Shown here piece by piece: positions 1 through 11,689 of a stretch of DNA of 64,000 nt (positions are counted from its first letter, which is position 1; every line of letters starts with the position of its first letter). The position numbers and the translations under genes are program-made. The DNA comes from Octopus sinensis (lineage: Eukaryota): the NCBI RefSeq assembly GCF_006345805.1, contig NC_042997.1, positions 47,616,001 to 47,680,000 of the forward strand, in the 5' to 3' direction. The notes under the pieces are model-generated. The model was not told the DNA's origin, searched no databases, and saw only the letters and a program-made list of their open reading frames with translations.

Positions 1-174
1 GCACACACCAAAACTGTTAATTGTACCCCTAACTAATTGATCTGTTAGATTACAATAGCAGCAGATTTTCTTTGGTCATATCTTCCACTAGAGAAGCTAA
101 ACAAAAATCCGCCTCAACACAGAAGTCTCTTACAAATAGAAATGTATAAATACATAAATATAATGATAATAGAT

Positions 175-219
<45 letters not shown>

Positions 220-810
220 GCCATCAATGTGATTTCTCTTTCTAAACACTTTCCCGAATTTGCGTATTTGATTTTGTTTTCTTATTTATTTCTTCTGAAA
301 AAAGGTTTCCATTTACCATATAATTTCATTGTCATGAATCATTTGTTTTATAGATTGATGAACGATAATTATAAACAAAAGGAGTGGGGAAATACATTCG
401 CATATAAGGAATTGTGGAGATAGTTTTATTGTTATTAAATTGCAATTACGTCTAAGTAGAATTAATTGACAACATCGATTCAGTTTTCTCTCGTTCGAAC
501 ATGGTAGAAAAACAGACGAGATGTGTTGGTATGGGAAAAGAGAAATAAATAAATAACAAGGAACAGCTACATTGAAAGGAATAAGAAATAGAGTAGGAGT
601 GAGGAAAATGTATCTTCTGCCTCTCCTGCGGTAGACTAACATCTTAATTATAGACTGGGCTTAGCGTTTATTGTGGTCTATAGCATATTCCGTGGCATGA
701 AGTGATATTTTGATGAATTATGAATAAAGAGGTATATATAAATCAGGGAGGTATATATATATATATATATATATAACAGGTTTTGTTGAATTTTCTGCTG
801 CTTTAATAAA

Positions 811-852
<42 letters not shown>

Positions 853-975
853 CGAGAGAGAGAGAGAGAGAAGAGAGAAAATATGTATGTATAACACAAT
901 TGTAAGTACGCTATTCTTTTTCAGTTTTCATCTGAATATATATACGTATTATCTGTGTATGCGCATATTCTCACG

Positions 976-1007
<32 letters not shown>

Positions 1008-1008
1008 T

Positions 1009-1280
1009 GGAGGCGCAATGACCCAGTGGTTAGGGTAGCGGTCTCGCGGTCGTAGGATCGCGGTTTTGATTCCCAGACTGGGCGTTGTGAATGTTTATTG
1101 AGCGAAAACACCTAAACCTCCACGAGGGAGTAGTGGCGATCCCTGCTGTACTCTTTCGCCACAACTTTCTCTCACTCTGTCTTCTGTTGGCTTGCTCGCC
1201 TAGCCAATGGGGTGGTGTCATTTGAAGGCTAAAATAATGCGAAGCGCATTGAGACTAGCGATGTGTAGCAACATCTAATA
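1009..1280 (+). mobile_element. tRNA-derived SINE family B, tail type 1
   Basis: Head GGAGGCGCAATGACCCAGTGGTTAGGG (A-box-like) and GGTTTTGATTCCC (B-box-like), TCG in the anticodon-equivalent loop (tRNA-Arg-like). Same head at 20056, 21813, 22570, 61890; same tail as 61588-61890. Confidence 0.9.
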
Positions 1281-2172
1281 TATTTCGTTATATATTAGAA
1301 ATAATTTTCGCAAAATCAATAATCCACCAGGGATCACGATTTCGAAATCGTCTCAGAGTATCGCTCCTTCTAATGATACCGGGTTACGTTGATGTTACCG
1401 GAGAATAACCGGGCTCTTCTAGGTCTCTGCATAGGAAATATTACATTTAGCATCTCAAGCAAGTGTAGCAGCTCTAATATTTCCAACCGGGAAGCTTCGT
1501 CGTTATTGATTATAGATGTCCAACCATAACTTCATTCAAATCCACTTGAGGCTTATAGATATCAGCATTATTTAGAACCCTCGCTCTCCGTTTTCTTATA
1601 TTTATGCTGTTTCCACGTTTCTTCTTGCTATCTCTCTATCGAAAACAACTGCTCGCACCTTGCTAACTATTGCAGTTGCTTGGGCGTTGTGCAATATTAT
1701 TTTTTTACATTAGCAAAGAAGGTATCTGTTACGTCAGCAAGCCTAATTTCTGAAGGATAATTTTTACGCAGCCAGAATATGAGTTAATGATTTGAAATCT
1801 CAGGATTGTTAACTTTCAGCATTGTTACTCAAAACCACTGCTTAACATTGGCAAGGACTTCAGGTTCCCCATACATTATTCTCGGAATATGACCCGCTCG
1901 TTATATTTTTTATAACAGGTTCAACGATAGTCTCCGTTGATATACAAGTGGAATATCTAAGTATTCCTAGAAAAAGCCTGTTCCACTAGAATGTTAATCT
2001 TATTTGAAAGGGTGGAAGGTGCTGGCGTCTCTCCAAACTCAATGGCTTGCTTCCTTTTCGTTAACCGTTTTCATATTAATATATATGCGTTAAAATCGAA
2101 TAATGAGGAGTGGTGGATAAATATTGGAAACTTCTGGTCGACTTCTTAACCCACAAATAAAGTATATGTGTG

Positions 2173-2219
<47 letters not shown>

Positions 2220-2479
2220 GCCAATAGGAAGAAAACTACAGCATGGATATGAAAGCTAAAAGCTGATTTTTGTATACAATTTCCCGACGAAGACAATGTA
2301 AGTGGTCCCGAGTCTCTACCGACCCTCTGAAGGGACCTACTGGCCCTTTTCCAGCACGTACAAAATCGCATTTCAAAAATAAATGAAAGCTCTAAGGATA
2401 TTAATTTTTATATGCCACTTCTAACTTAACAATAAATGAAGGAAGGGTTTAAGGAAGATCATTTTTTATCGGATTAACA

Positions 2480-4085
2480 AACCACTTTTTTCTTCTTGTC
2501 GGTTTCAGCTCAAAGCTGCGGCCATGCTGGGTCACTGCTGTCTTGCTACACCGTTATTATTGATAGTCTCCTCTGATATGTGACATTTGGTGAATAAGGG
2601 AGTTTGATGTCACCTCTAGCTGCGAGGTAGGTTCCTCTCGGACTCTCGATAGGAAGAAATTCAGTTTTGTTTTGAAAACACCTATATCCACTTTGTGTAG
2701 GTCCCTCAGGATCATTGGGAGAATATTAAAGAGCTGTAGGCCCTTGAAACCCAGGCTGTTGCAGTAACTGGTCCTGAAGCACGACGGCACTGCTGGGATT
2801 TTTGGCCCTATGCAGTGGCTATCCGGTCTGGCACTTGTGAAGGTTTCAATGCCAAAATTTAGCACAATCCCTTCCAGGATCTTCCAAATGTATATTACTG
2901 CAAATCTCTCCCGCCTTCAGTCCAAGGAGAAGAGTCTGTTTTACCCTTTCCCAGTAGCTGAGCTGTTGCAATGACACGGTCTTCCTTGTAAATCTTTGCT
3001 GGATTGCTTCAAGTTCCGTTGTTAATATTACACTGTGGGGTGACCATAGTTAGGAGCAGTAGTCCAGGCGGCTGAGAATGAATATCCTCCAGAGGATCAT
3101 CATGGTTTCTTTCTCTCTAGTTCTCAAGGTTCTCAGGATCCATCCATCCAGCCGTCTGCACTTAGTCGCCATCTTGGTAATGTGTACTTGGAAACAGGTA
3201 TCATCACTGATGTTGATACCCAGGTCACGCACTGATTTGGGTTCCAGGATTGTAATTACCCCCCCCCCCGTGTCAGTGTACCCTGTACATTTTTCATTCA
3301 GTTTTGGTTGCTGGTAGCTCAAGGCTTGGAATTCTCCAGCATTAAACTGCATATTGTTGTCCTCAGCTCATCTGTAAATTGCGTCCAACTCTTGCTGCAG
3401 GCGTGCAACATCGCTAGGGTTTTGTATTTTCAGCGAGACTTTCGTATCGACTGCGTAGCTAGCAAGGGTGGCTATCCGAGCAGCTGGGGGCATTTCTGAG
3501 AGGGCCATTATGGAAAGCAGCGGTCCCAAGAGATTATCCCGTGGAACATCACTCACTATTTGTGTTTCCCTTAAGGTAGTTCCATTGGCCACCACTGCCT
3601 GACTTCTGTCTTTCAGAAAGTCATGTTACCAATCTCCAAATTTTCGAGCTACGCCAAAATCGCGGAGTTTGTGGTATATCATACCATGATCAACTTCATC
3701 AAAAGCTTTTTCGAAGTCAAAGTATATTACATCCACATTTCAGTTGTCGAGTAACTGCTTCAATACCCAATCATAGTGTTGTAGGAACTGTGTCAGGCAG
3801 CTCCTACCTGGTCGAAAACCATGTTGGGCATCACTCAGCTAGTCGTTTTCTTCGAGAAATGCGATTAGTTTCCCTCTGAGTATTCGTTCCATGACATGGC
3901 TGATATGCGAAGTCAGAGACATAAGCCTATAATTTTTGGTATCTCTTCTGTTTCCTTCTTTATGGATTGGATATATTATTCCCGCCTTCAATTTACTTGG
4001 CAGCTTGCCATTTGTAAGGAAACTCTAGAAAAGAACCTGTAGTGGCTGTACAAGGGCACGTTTGCACGATTTGAATAACTTGCCT
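2480..4085 (-). mobile_element. 5'-truncated, decayed CR1/L2-group LINE (ORF2 reverse transcriptase plus 3' UTR)
   Basis: Minus-strand translation gives RT motifs PIHKEGNRRDTKNYRLMSLTS, QHGFRPGRSCLTQ, VIYFDFEKAFDEVDH, SDVPRDNLLGPLL (SGVPQGSVLGPLL), YAVDTK (YADDTK), VRDLGINI and LSRLDYCS, with stops and frameshifts. ORF2 ends near 2557; short 3' UTR to ~2480. Confidence 0.9.
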
Positions 4086-4155
4086 AGGGGAAATTTTTAT
4101 AAAGCTATTATATTTCTTCATTCTATTTCACAATACGGTGGGGTACTCTTCTGTA

Positions 4156-4472
4156 GATATGCCATATGCGTAACATAACGACACGTTATATGACATGTGA
4201 GTGTATGGGAGTGTATAACTGTAATGAGCTCCATTACTTCATATTGCTGTAAGTATTATTTAATAAGTATGATTTTGCATTTGTTCGATATTTATATGTG
4301 TAGAAGGGAGAGATAAATTCGGTGGGGCACTCTTCTGTAGGTATGCAATATGTGTAATATAACGACACACATAATAACATGTATCGTTGTGTGTGTGTGT
4401 ATGTGTGTGTGTACGTGCGTGCGTGCGTGTGTGTAACTGTAATAACCTCTAATACTTCATATTGTTATAAGA
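4156..4472 (+). repeat. Diverged two-copy tandem duplication (period ~165 bp)
   Basis: CGGTGGGG(T/C)ACTCTTCTGTAG...ACTGTAAT...TACTTCATATTG(C/T)T(G/A)TAAG occurs at ~4156-4253 and ~4320-4472; the second copy has a (GT)n expansion. Confidence 0.7.
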
Positions 4473-4475
4473 AAA

Positions 4476-5190
4476 AGAGGAGCCGACGTAAAGGGTCATT
4501 CAAGTATAAAATTGTTTGATTCGACAATCGGAAGAATTTACTCTGTGCATCCGGGTCACTTTGAATGTTTCGCTTTGAGGCTACTCTTTCATGAAGTAAG
4601 AAGGCCGACTTCCTTCTCCTTCCTAAGAACGACTGACGGTCAAACAGTCCCTACTTATAGAGAAGCCTGTTTAACCTTAAATTTGTTAAAAGATGACATA
4701 AAACAATGGCTGAGGTACGCACACCTATTTCTTTGAGAGATCTTTCTGAAATTCTTCTCTTGAACTGTGAAGTAAGTAATCCATTAGCGTTGTGGCACAA
4801 ATATAAGAATGATTTATCAGAAGACTGCAAATATCAAACACATTTAAGATACCCTGGGAGGGAAATAGCATTGAACGATGACATATATAATTCTGCATTG
4901 GTTGATATTGAAGACCACGTTGACTCAATGGTTAGCGAGGAGCTCAGCAAGTTTGAAATGAGGTGAATGATTTAATCACAGAAGATTTGCAAGAAACTTC
5001 ATTTGATATTTTGTGATGTCCAGTATTATGTCCCAAGGTGACACTTTGAAAGTTGCTGGTTTGCAAATAGAAGAGGACTGTTTCTCACACAGTCAGTTAT
5101 ATTTTGGTACACCAGGAGTGGGGAGCAAGAACAATCTTTTCATATTCGCACCTAGCAGAAAACAGCTCTATCGTCTACATGAAAGTTAAC
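4476..5190 (+). mobile_element. Helitron Rep/helicase remnant with a large internal deletion
   Basis: IGRIYSVHPGHFECFALRLLFHEVRRPTSFSFLRTTDGQTVPTYREACLTLNLLKDD and CEVSNPLALWHKYKNDLSED match the Helitron Rep-helicase linker. From ~5011, VMSSIMSQGDTLKVAGLQIEEDCFSHSQLY matches helicase motifs V/VI (FAMTINKSQGQ...FSHGQLYVA). Confidence 0.88.
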
Positions 5191-5411
5191 GACCACTTCT
5201 TATATATGTTCAACAGAATCTAAGTGAATAACTTTCAATAGTATATATATATATATAAAGGGGAAATGAAGAAAATGCTGACAAAATAATTTAAGTAATT
5301 TAAGTAATTTAATTAGGTGAAAATTCTTTTTACCGGTTGCGCATTTGTTATGCTTATCATAAGATATTTTTTAAGAGAGATAGAGTTCCTTTCTGATAGA
5401 TTTTTTTTCCT

Positions 5412-5446
<35 letters not shown>

Positions 5447-5792
5447 CAAAATGGGACAAGAACGCAAAACATCCGGACAACTAGGTGATACAAGAAGGGG
5501 CAACAAAACATCCAGATAGACGATACAAAAAAAACAAGCACGGCTCATTCGAAGCCTTTTATCCTCAGTCAAGAACCGGATCATCCTCACAATTTTGGTT
5601 GATTTATACATGTACATATGTATGTATATATGAGTACGCGTGCGTAGCTATATGTATGCCATAATTTTTTGCTACACTCGTTTTCATAGCGTGTTGACTT
5701 ATTAAAATTTCAATAATATCAAAAATTATTATGTAACTTTACATTCTTAAAATATCTCGCCGCTTCATCAAGCAATACTGAGCCTTTTACAA

Positions 5793-6005
5793 GGCGGCGA
5801 GCTGGCAAATGCGTTAGCATGCCGGGCGAAATGCTTAGTGGTATTTCGTCTGTCGTTACGTTCTGAGTTCAAATTCCGCCGTGGTCGACTTTGCCTTTCA
5901 TCTTTTCGGGGTTAATAAATTAAGTACCGGTTTCATAGTGAGTTCGATCTAATCGACTGGCCCACTCCCCAATATTTCAGGCCTTGTGCCTAGAGTAGGA
6001 AAGAA
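5793..6005 (+). mobile_element. tRNA-derived SINE family A, tail A1, with target-site duplication
   Basis: Head GGCGGCGAGCTGGC...GAGTTCAAATTCC and central GTCGACTTTGCCTTTCATC...GATAAATTAAGTACC domain (MetaSINE-like from memory, unverified). Flanked by AATA(C/T)TGAGCCTTTTAC at 5774-5790 and 6004-6020. Confidence 0.92.
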
Positions 6006-6198
6006 TATTGAGCCTTTTACTAACAAAGATAAAACATGTCTTTTTGCTGGTAAAATGCTCAATATATTCTAATGAAATATCAGGATATTGAGATAATATA
6101 AATTTCCGTATGATGTCATAGTAATCATCATTAGACAATTGACCACGCTATGGAAACGTGTGTTGGAAAAATTGATCTGTCCATTGTGATTCCGTTAA

Positions 6199-6587
6199 TC
6201 TCTCTATATATAAAGCTGAAGTTGTTTGTGTATGGCAGGTTTGGTAGCATTCAACTAACACTATCTTCTCCGAGACCCTACGGCGCAAGTTGACCAAAAT
6301 TGAAAGTATAATAGAAGGCTTGCTCTTCCTTCCGTAGAAGAAAAAATTCAAATCGGGCCATGTTAACACCAAAAATTATTTTCATCAAAAAGGTGCTTTT
6401 TTTCTATGAAAATCCCTATTTTTTACGATTTTTTCACCGCTGTGTCGCCATTTTTCGGTGTATTTCAACCAAAAAAATGTTCACTTAAACAGAATAACAA
6501 GCTAAATAATGCAAAAGTTTTACTTTTCAAAAATTTCAATTTTAAAGGGTCGAAACATACCCGAGCAATGCAGGGCGATACTGCTGA
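6199..6587 (+). mobile_element. Non-autonomous Helitron-like element
   Basis: Starts A|TCTCTCTATATATAAAGCTGAAG (5' TC). Ends with a GC-rich imperfect hairpin CCCGAGCAATGCAGGG followed by CGATACTGCTGA|T (decayed CTAG). No TIR or TSD. Confidence 0.6.
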
Positions 6588-7176
6588 TTCATAGCGTTAT
6601 ATATGCAATGTCTTATTGCTACCTACGTGAATTTACAAGATGCTTAATGCCATTTTATATATCTCACATGATATTGACTGCCATATTAACTAGGGATAGA
6701 TTAGGTGTATCTATATATTGCTCGTGAGTATCTTGCTTGCTTCATATACATTGGAGTGTTACCAAGTAATCGCTAGGATTATTTAGATCCGCACATCTTA
6801 ATGTCTATATCCGTTTATTGTTTTATTTAGGGAGGGCCAATTTTCCCGTCAAATACACACACACACATATATATTAGTTCTTCACTTCAGGTTTATTATT
6901 GTTTCTATGACAGAACAATTAAATAGAACAGGGGGAGACACGTGGTATGGAAAGAGTGTCTGAAGAGACCACAGGATATGCGAGGAAAGATATCCAAAGG
7001 ACACTAAGATGGCAACAATAAATTAATTTGAAGTGAAGACCGAATATACAGGGCGTGTGTTCAGTTGGCAATAAAAAGATAATAAATGACCGTCCCAAAG
7101 TATAACAATAACTGTTTCAACACGATTTCACATCATGATTTTGCAAAACAAATACATAAACGAATGCCCATTTAAA

Positions 7177-7178
<2 letters not shown>

Positions 7179-7207
<29 letters not shown>

Positions 7208-7245
7208 TGTATGTATGTATGTATGTATGTATGTATGTATGCATG

Positions 7246-7281
<36 letters not shown>
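7179..7281 (+). repeat. Compound microsatellite (ATGT)n-(ATCT)n
   Basis: Direct reading; forms the left flank of the Tx1 LINE. Confidence 0.97.
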
Positions 7282-7282
<1 letters not shown>

Positions 7283-8665
7283 GACCGTCGTACCTTGTCC
7301 CGACCCTACCATCACCAAACTACAACGCATCCTCTTTCGCTTCTTGTGGAAGGATGCGTCCCATGGTCAGGCGATCCATTTGCTGTCAACACCCGTTAAA
7401 AGGAGGGCTGGCATGCCGTGGTTGATGATGCGCAGACACGCGCTGAGACTGCGACATCTCTGGCTCTATGTAGACGACGGTGAACAGGTGTGGTCGCCGT
7501 TTGTGAGGCACCTTCCCGCAGCTCGTCTCCATGACCGAACTGCAGTCGTGGATCAAAAAGAGGCCGAGGAAGGGCGAATGGCACCGCGAGTGCCGCGTTG
7601 CTCTCAAGCAACTCTGCCGTCCTGGGTCGACCTAAGTACTTCAACACAACCAAGCATTCTATAGGGGTTAGTGGAGGGGAGTACGACGACGAGCTCGGGG
7701 CGAACCTGGACGTCGACGAGGAGTACTACCTGACCCGCCTGTTCGGGACGACTTTCGGGCCAGGGCCCATGGACAACTTCCAGAGATCCTGGCCTGGCAG
7801 TGCTACCGAGAAGCGCTACCCTTTCGGATAAGCTCTACAGACACGGCTCGAGAAACACGGGGCCGACCTGCCCGAGAGCGGTCAGAGCGACGAAACCGTT
7901 CTGCACGCACTCGTTCAGTGTCCACAATTTCCGACCTGTGGGCTTATGTCGAACAACTGCTGTCACGTGTGGGACGAGTCGGTTTATCAGCTGAGTCTAT
8001 CGTCAATATTGTCACGCCTCCTTCCTTCAAACGGAAGGAAGAGCTATTTCATCATCCTTGTGGCTATGGCGAAAGAATGTATCTGGTGGACGCGTCTGAA
8101 GGATTGGAGACAAACACTTTCCTCTCTGGTCAATCTCTCATCAACTTCTTCAAGTACCACTTGAAAAGGAAAGTGAGAGTAGAGAGGCAAGTTTTGTCTA
8201 GCGAATTTTTAAAAAAAGATGGGTGAATGTAGCAAGAATGGCACGTATGAATGACGAAGCCACCTGGCATAGTCCTATGAACCCGAAATCGAAAAAGAGA
8301 GTTGCTTATTTGCAAAAAAAAAAAAAAAAAAAGAAATATAAAATGTGACTTCATTGACCGAGGTACCGTGGTCTTTTCCGCAGGCTTTTCTTTCCACGGG
8401 TAAACTCACCTGTCCTCCCCTTTACACTTCATATTGGACATTCTGTGATAACGATCCCTATGACATTTTTTTCCTCCCCCCCCCCCTTTTTTTTTTTTTT
8501 TTTTTAACCCCCCTTATTTTTGTCCTCTTTCTCTCCTTTTACGATCCCTTTTGATCGAACCTCCCCCTTCCTTTTTTTTTTTTTTTTTTAATACCTTCAA
8601 AGGAAAAGCTCTACCTTGTAATTTGTTCTATCTGTGTGCAGCCCTGTGTGGCTAATAAGAAACAA
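7282..8665 (+). mobile_element. 5'-truncated Tx1/L1-clade LINE (ORF2 C-terminus plus 3' UTR)
   Basis: TKLQRILFRFLWK...LSTPVKRRAGMPWL...ALRLRHLW, then a frameshifted CCHC/zf-RVT region (CP..GQSDETVLHALVQCPTISDLWAYVEQLL) ending near 8226. A/T/C-run-rich 3' UTR ends AATAAGAAACAA. GC-rich compared with the flanks. Confidence 0.85.
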
Positions 8666-8861
8666 TCTATCTATCTATCTATCTATCTATCTATATCTCT
8701 ATCTCTATCTCTCTCTATCTATCTATCTATCTATCTATCTACCCACCTATCTCTCTCGGTCTCTTTCTCTCTCTCGCTCTGTATGCCTCTCTCTGTCTCT
8801 GTCTGTCTGTCTTTCTCTCTCTTAGCTTCCATACACATACAAACACATGCACGCACACACA

Positions 8862-8901
<40 letters not shown>

Positions 8902-8930
8902 TACACACATACATACACACACGTACACGT
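8666..8930 (+). repeat. Compound microsatellite (TCTA)n/(TC)n/(CA)n
   Basis: Direct reading; forms the right flank of the Tx1 LINE. Confidence 0.95.
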
Positions 8931-9251
8931 GCGCGTATGTACGTTATTGGCGGTAACGATTAAAAGGATATTATTTTCTCTGATTCCACAAGTAGTTGTA
9001 CGCCTTTGTACGTAACAGTAACACTGGAGCGTTTTGTAAACAGGAGCGCGCGCGAAATATCTGAATCAGTGTATCTGTGTGTTTGCGTGTGTTTATGCTA
9101 ACGTTCGTGTCTGGAGACAAGTAACATTTTCATAGAACATATTGAAGAAGCATGCAGACGCTAAGGGAATCAGTACAATCATACAAACAACCTACGCATA
9201 AAACTACTAACTACTACTACTACTACCACCACCACCACCACCATCACGACA

Positions 9252-9310
<59 letters not shown>

Positions 9311-9311
<1 letters not shown>

Positions 9312-9500
9312 CTTTTCTACTCTAGGCACAAGGCCCGAAATTTTTGGAGCGGGGGTCCAGTTGATTAGGTCGACCCCAGTATGCAACTGTTACTTAATTT
9401 ATCGAATCCGAAAGGATGAAAGGCAAAGTCGACCTCGGCGGAATTCGAACTCAGAACGTAACGAAATACCGCCAAGCATTTGGTCCACCGTGCTAACGAT
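9311..9500 (-). mobile_element. SINE family A, tail A1, with (ATT)n tail at ~9255-9310
   Basis: Reverse complement of the family A body; 5' end clipped by the neighbouring SINE. Confidence 0.9.
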
Positions 9501-9504
9501 TATT

Positions 9505-9726
9505 TCGCGTTGCTCCAGTCCACTCAGCCGGCAAAAATGAGTTGTATTTGTATTTCAAAGGGCCGGCCTTGTCACACTCTTTGTCACGCTGAATCTCCCT
9601 GAGAACTACGTTAGGGGTACACATGTCTGTGGATTGCTCAGTCACTTGCACGTTAATTTCACGAGCAAGCTGTTCCGTTGATCGTATCAGCTGGGACCCT
9701 CGTCGTCGTAACCGACGGAGTGCTCC
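9505..9726 (+). mobile_element. CORE-like SINE body plus tail type 2
   Basis: TTGCTCCAGTCCACTCAGCCGGCAAAAATGAG (CORE-like) followed by the same tail as SINE B at 20255-20437 (...GTCGTAACCGACGGAGTGC). Confidence 0.75.
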
Positions 9727-11136
9727 TATATGTGAGTGTGTGCATATATGTGTGTGTGTTTGTATGTGTTTATGCGTGTATGAGTGTGTGTGTGTTCACA
9801 CACGCACGCATAAAACTATTTCACACACACTATATATCACACCCACACACAAACATACTCACGTGCACATACATACAGCTACATATATGGAAAGAGAGGA
9901 AAAGAGGAAGAGGGACAGAGAGACACACCAGCAGACAGACAGACAGAAGGAATATAGAGATTAGTAGTTCTTTCAAACATTTGAAACGGAAATATTCCTA
10001 TGGAATGCTCCACATTCGGTGCATGATCGACTTATGAACAGAGACTGAGAGAAAACTTGCCTTAGCTAAACTATCTCTAGTCCTTTGCTCTCTTGAGCTG
10101 GATCGGCGTAAAGGTTGAACAAACACTTTTATGGAATGTGATTTGGAAAGAAACTACATACATACCAATGAATTACTAAGATACATTAACTTTAGATCAT
10201 TCAGATATAGAAATTATATGATAGAACGTACACGCACACATCAAACACACGCACAATACACTCAAACCAACCACATACGCACACAAAACATCCAAATCTT
10301 CAAAGCTCTCACAAAACTTTCGGTGACAACTTAAATGACTTGCTTGCGATCGATCATCTTACTGGAAAAATAGCCAAATAGTTTTCAGAAGCAACTCGCA
10401 CATTAGCTCAATATCTCGCTCACATCTTTCGCAATATTGAGCTAAGATATGGTATTTGAGAAATGGCTTCTCCACAGATAATTATATCCATAGTCAATGT
10501 AACATTGCTATACACACAGTCTCCTTTTTATTTACTTACGTAAAACAATAAATTGCGTTTGTAAGTTGCAGAAGACGGAAGAAATGAGAGTAGTTCCTAT
10601 GTTTATAGTGAAATTCTCTGGAAATCCTCTAAGTTTTTTTTTTTTTTGTAATTTGTCAGTTGATGAGTGAATTACGTCATATCAATCTTCATACGAAGAC
10701 CTGATCATTTTGATATCTATGATGCTATAATCAAGCTGGCTTTTCCAAAATGTGTGATTCTAATCATATATGTATAGTTGACAGACTTTCACAAATTCTC
10801 TGTGCCAGGTTATAAGTTAGTCAAATAGTATATCGATATATATTTCTGTGAGACAGCTTGAAAAAGCTCGAAAAACGCTAGTGCAGACTTGATTGTTTCC
10901 TTGTATATTTTACGGTGTATTTATCACATATTGTCAACCTATTTATCTGTTCCTCTCACTCTTTCTCTCTCTCTCTCTCACTCTTTACACACACACACAC
11001 ACACACAAATACATACACACACATGTAAGTATGTATGTGTGTATGTATGTATGTATGTATGTATGTGCGTGTGTGCATATGCATAGAGGTGTAAATACAA
11101 ACATATATAACATGTATTCATGTGTGTGTATATATT

Positions 11137-11185
<49 letters not shown>

Positions 11186-11689
11186 TGTGTGTGCTTATAG
11201 GTATGAATGTGCATATATGTGTGAGCATTTGTGCGTTTACATGCATTTTGCTATCAACGCATTCCTAAGCTGCGACTGAATATTTTTGTTGCTATTGAAA
11301 TAGTTCCCATTACTGGTTTTCTTTTCCATTAATTACTTTTCATTTTAATTTTTTTTTCTTCGAGATTTTTCTTCCATTGATTTCTTTGTTTAGACCGTGT
11401 TTGTTTACATTCTAACACTTTTCAACGTCATCAGCAACAGCAACAACAAGAAGGGTGGCAGTGTCACCATTATATTCTTCTGAACTACAACCATAAACAC
11501 GTTCATCGTAACTGAAGAAAAATCCGTCAGGATGATTACTACGTAAAAAAAGTATATTACTATAACGAATGGAAGCATGCTTGAAGCAGTAAGCCGCGAA
11601 ATTATAATAACCTTAATTTTAATTAGCGATGCGAGCAGCCATTTTCTAAATAACAAATTTTGCTTTATATGTAACAATTTGATTTTAAT

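Noticed and set aside
5440-5605. Penelope-type terminal repeat with CTGAGGA on the minus strand
   Set aside because: GAAA and the stems are not intact and there is no second copy in the window; cannot be supported.
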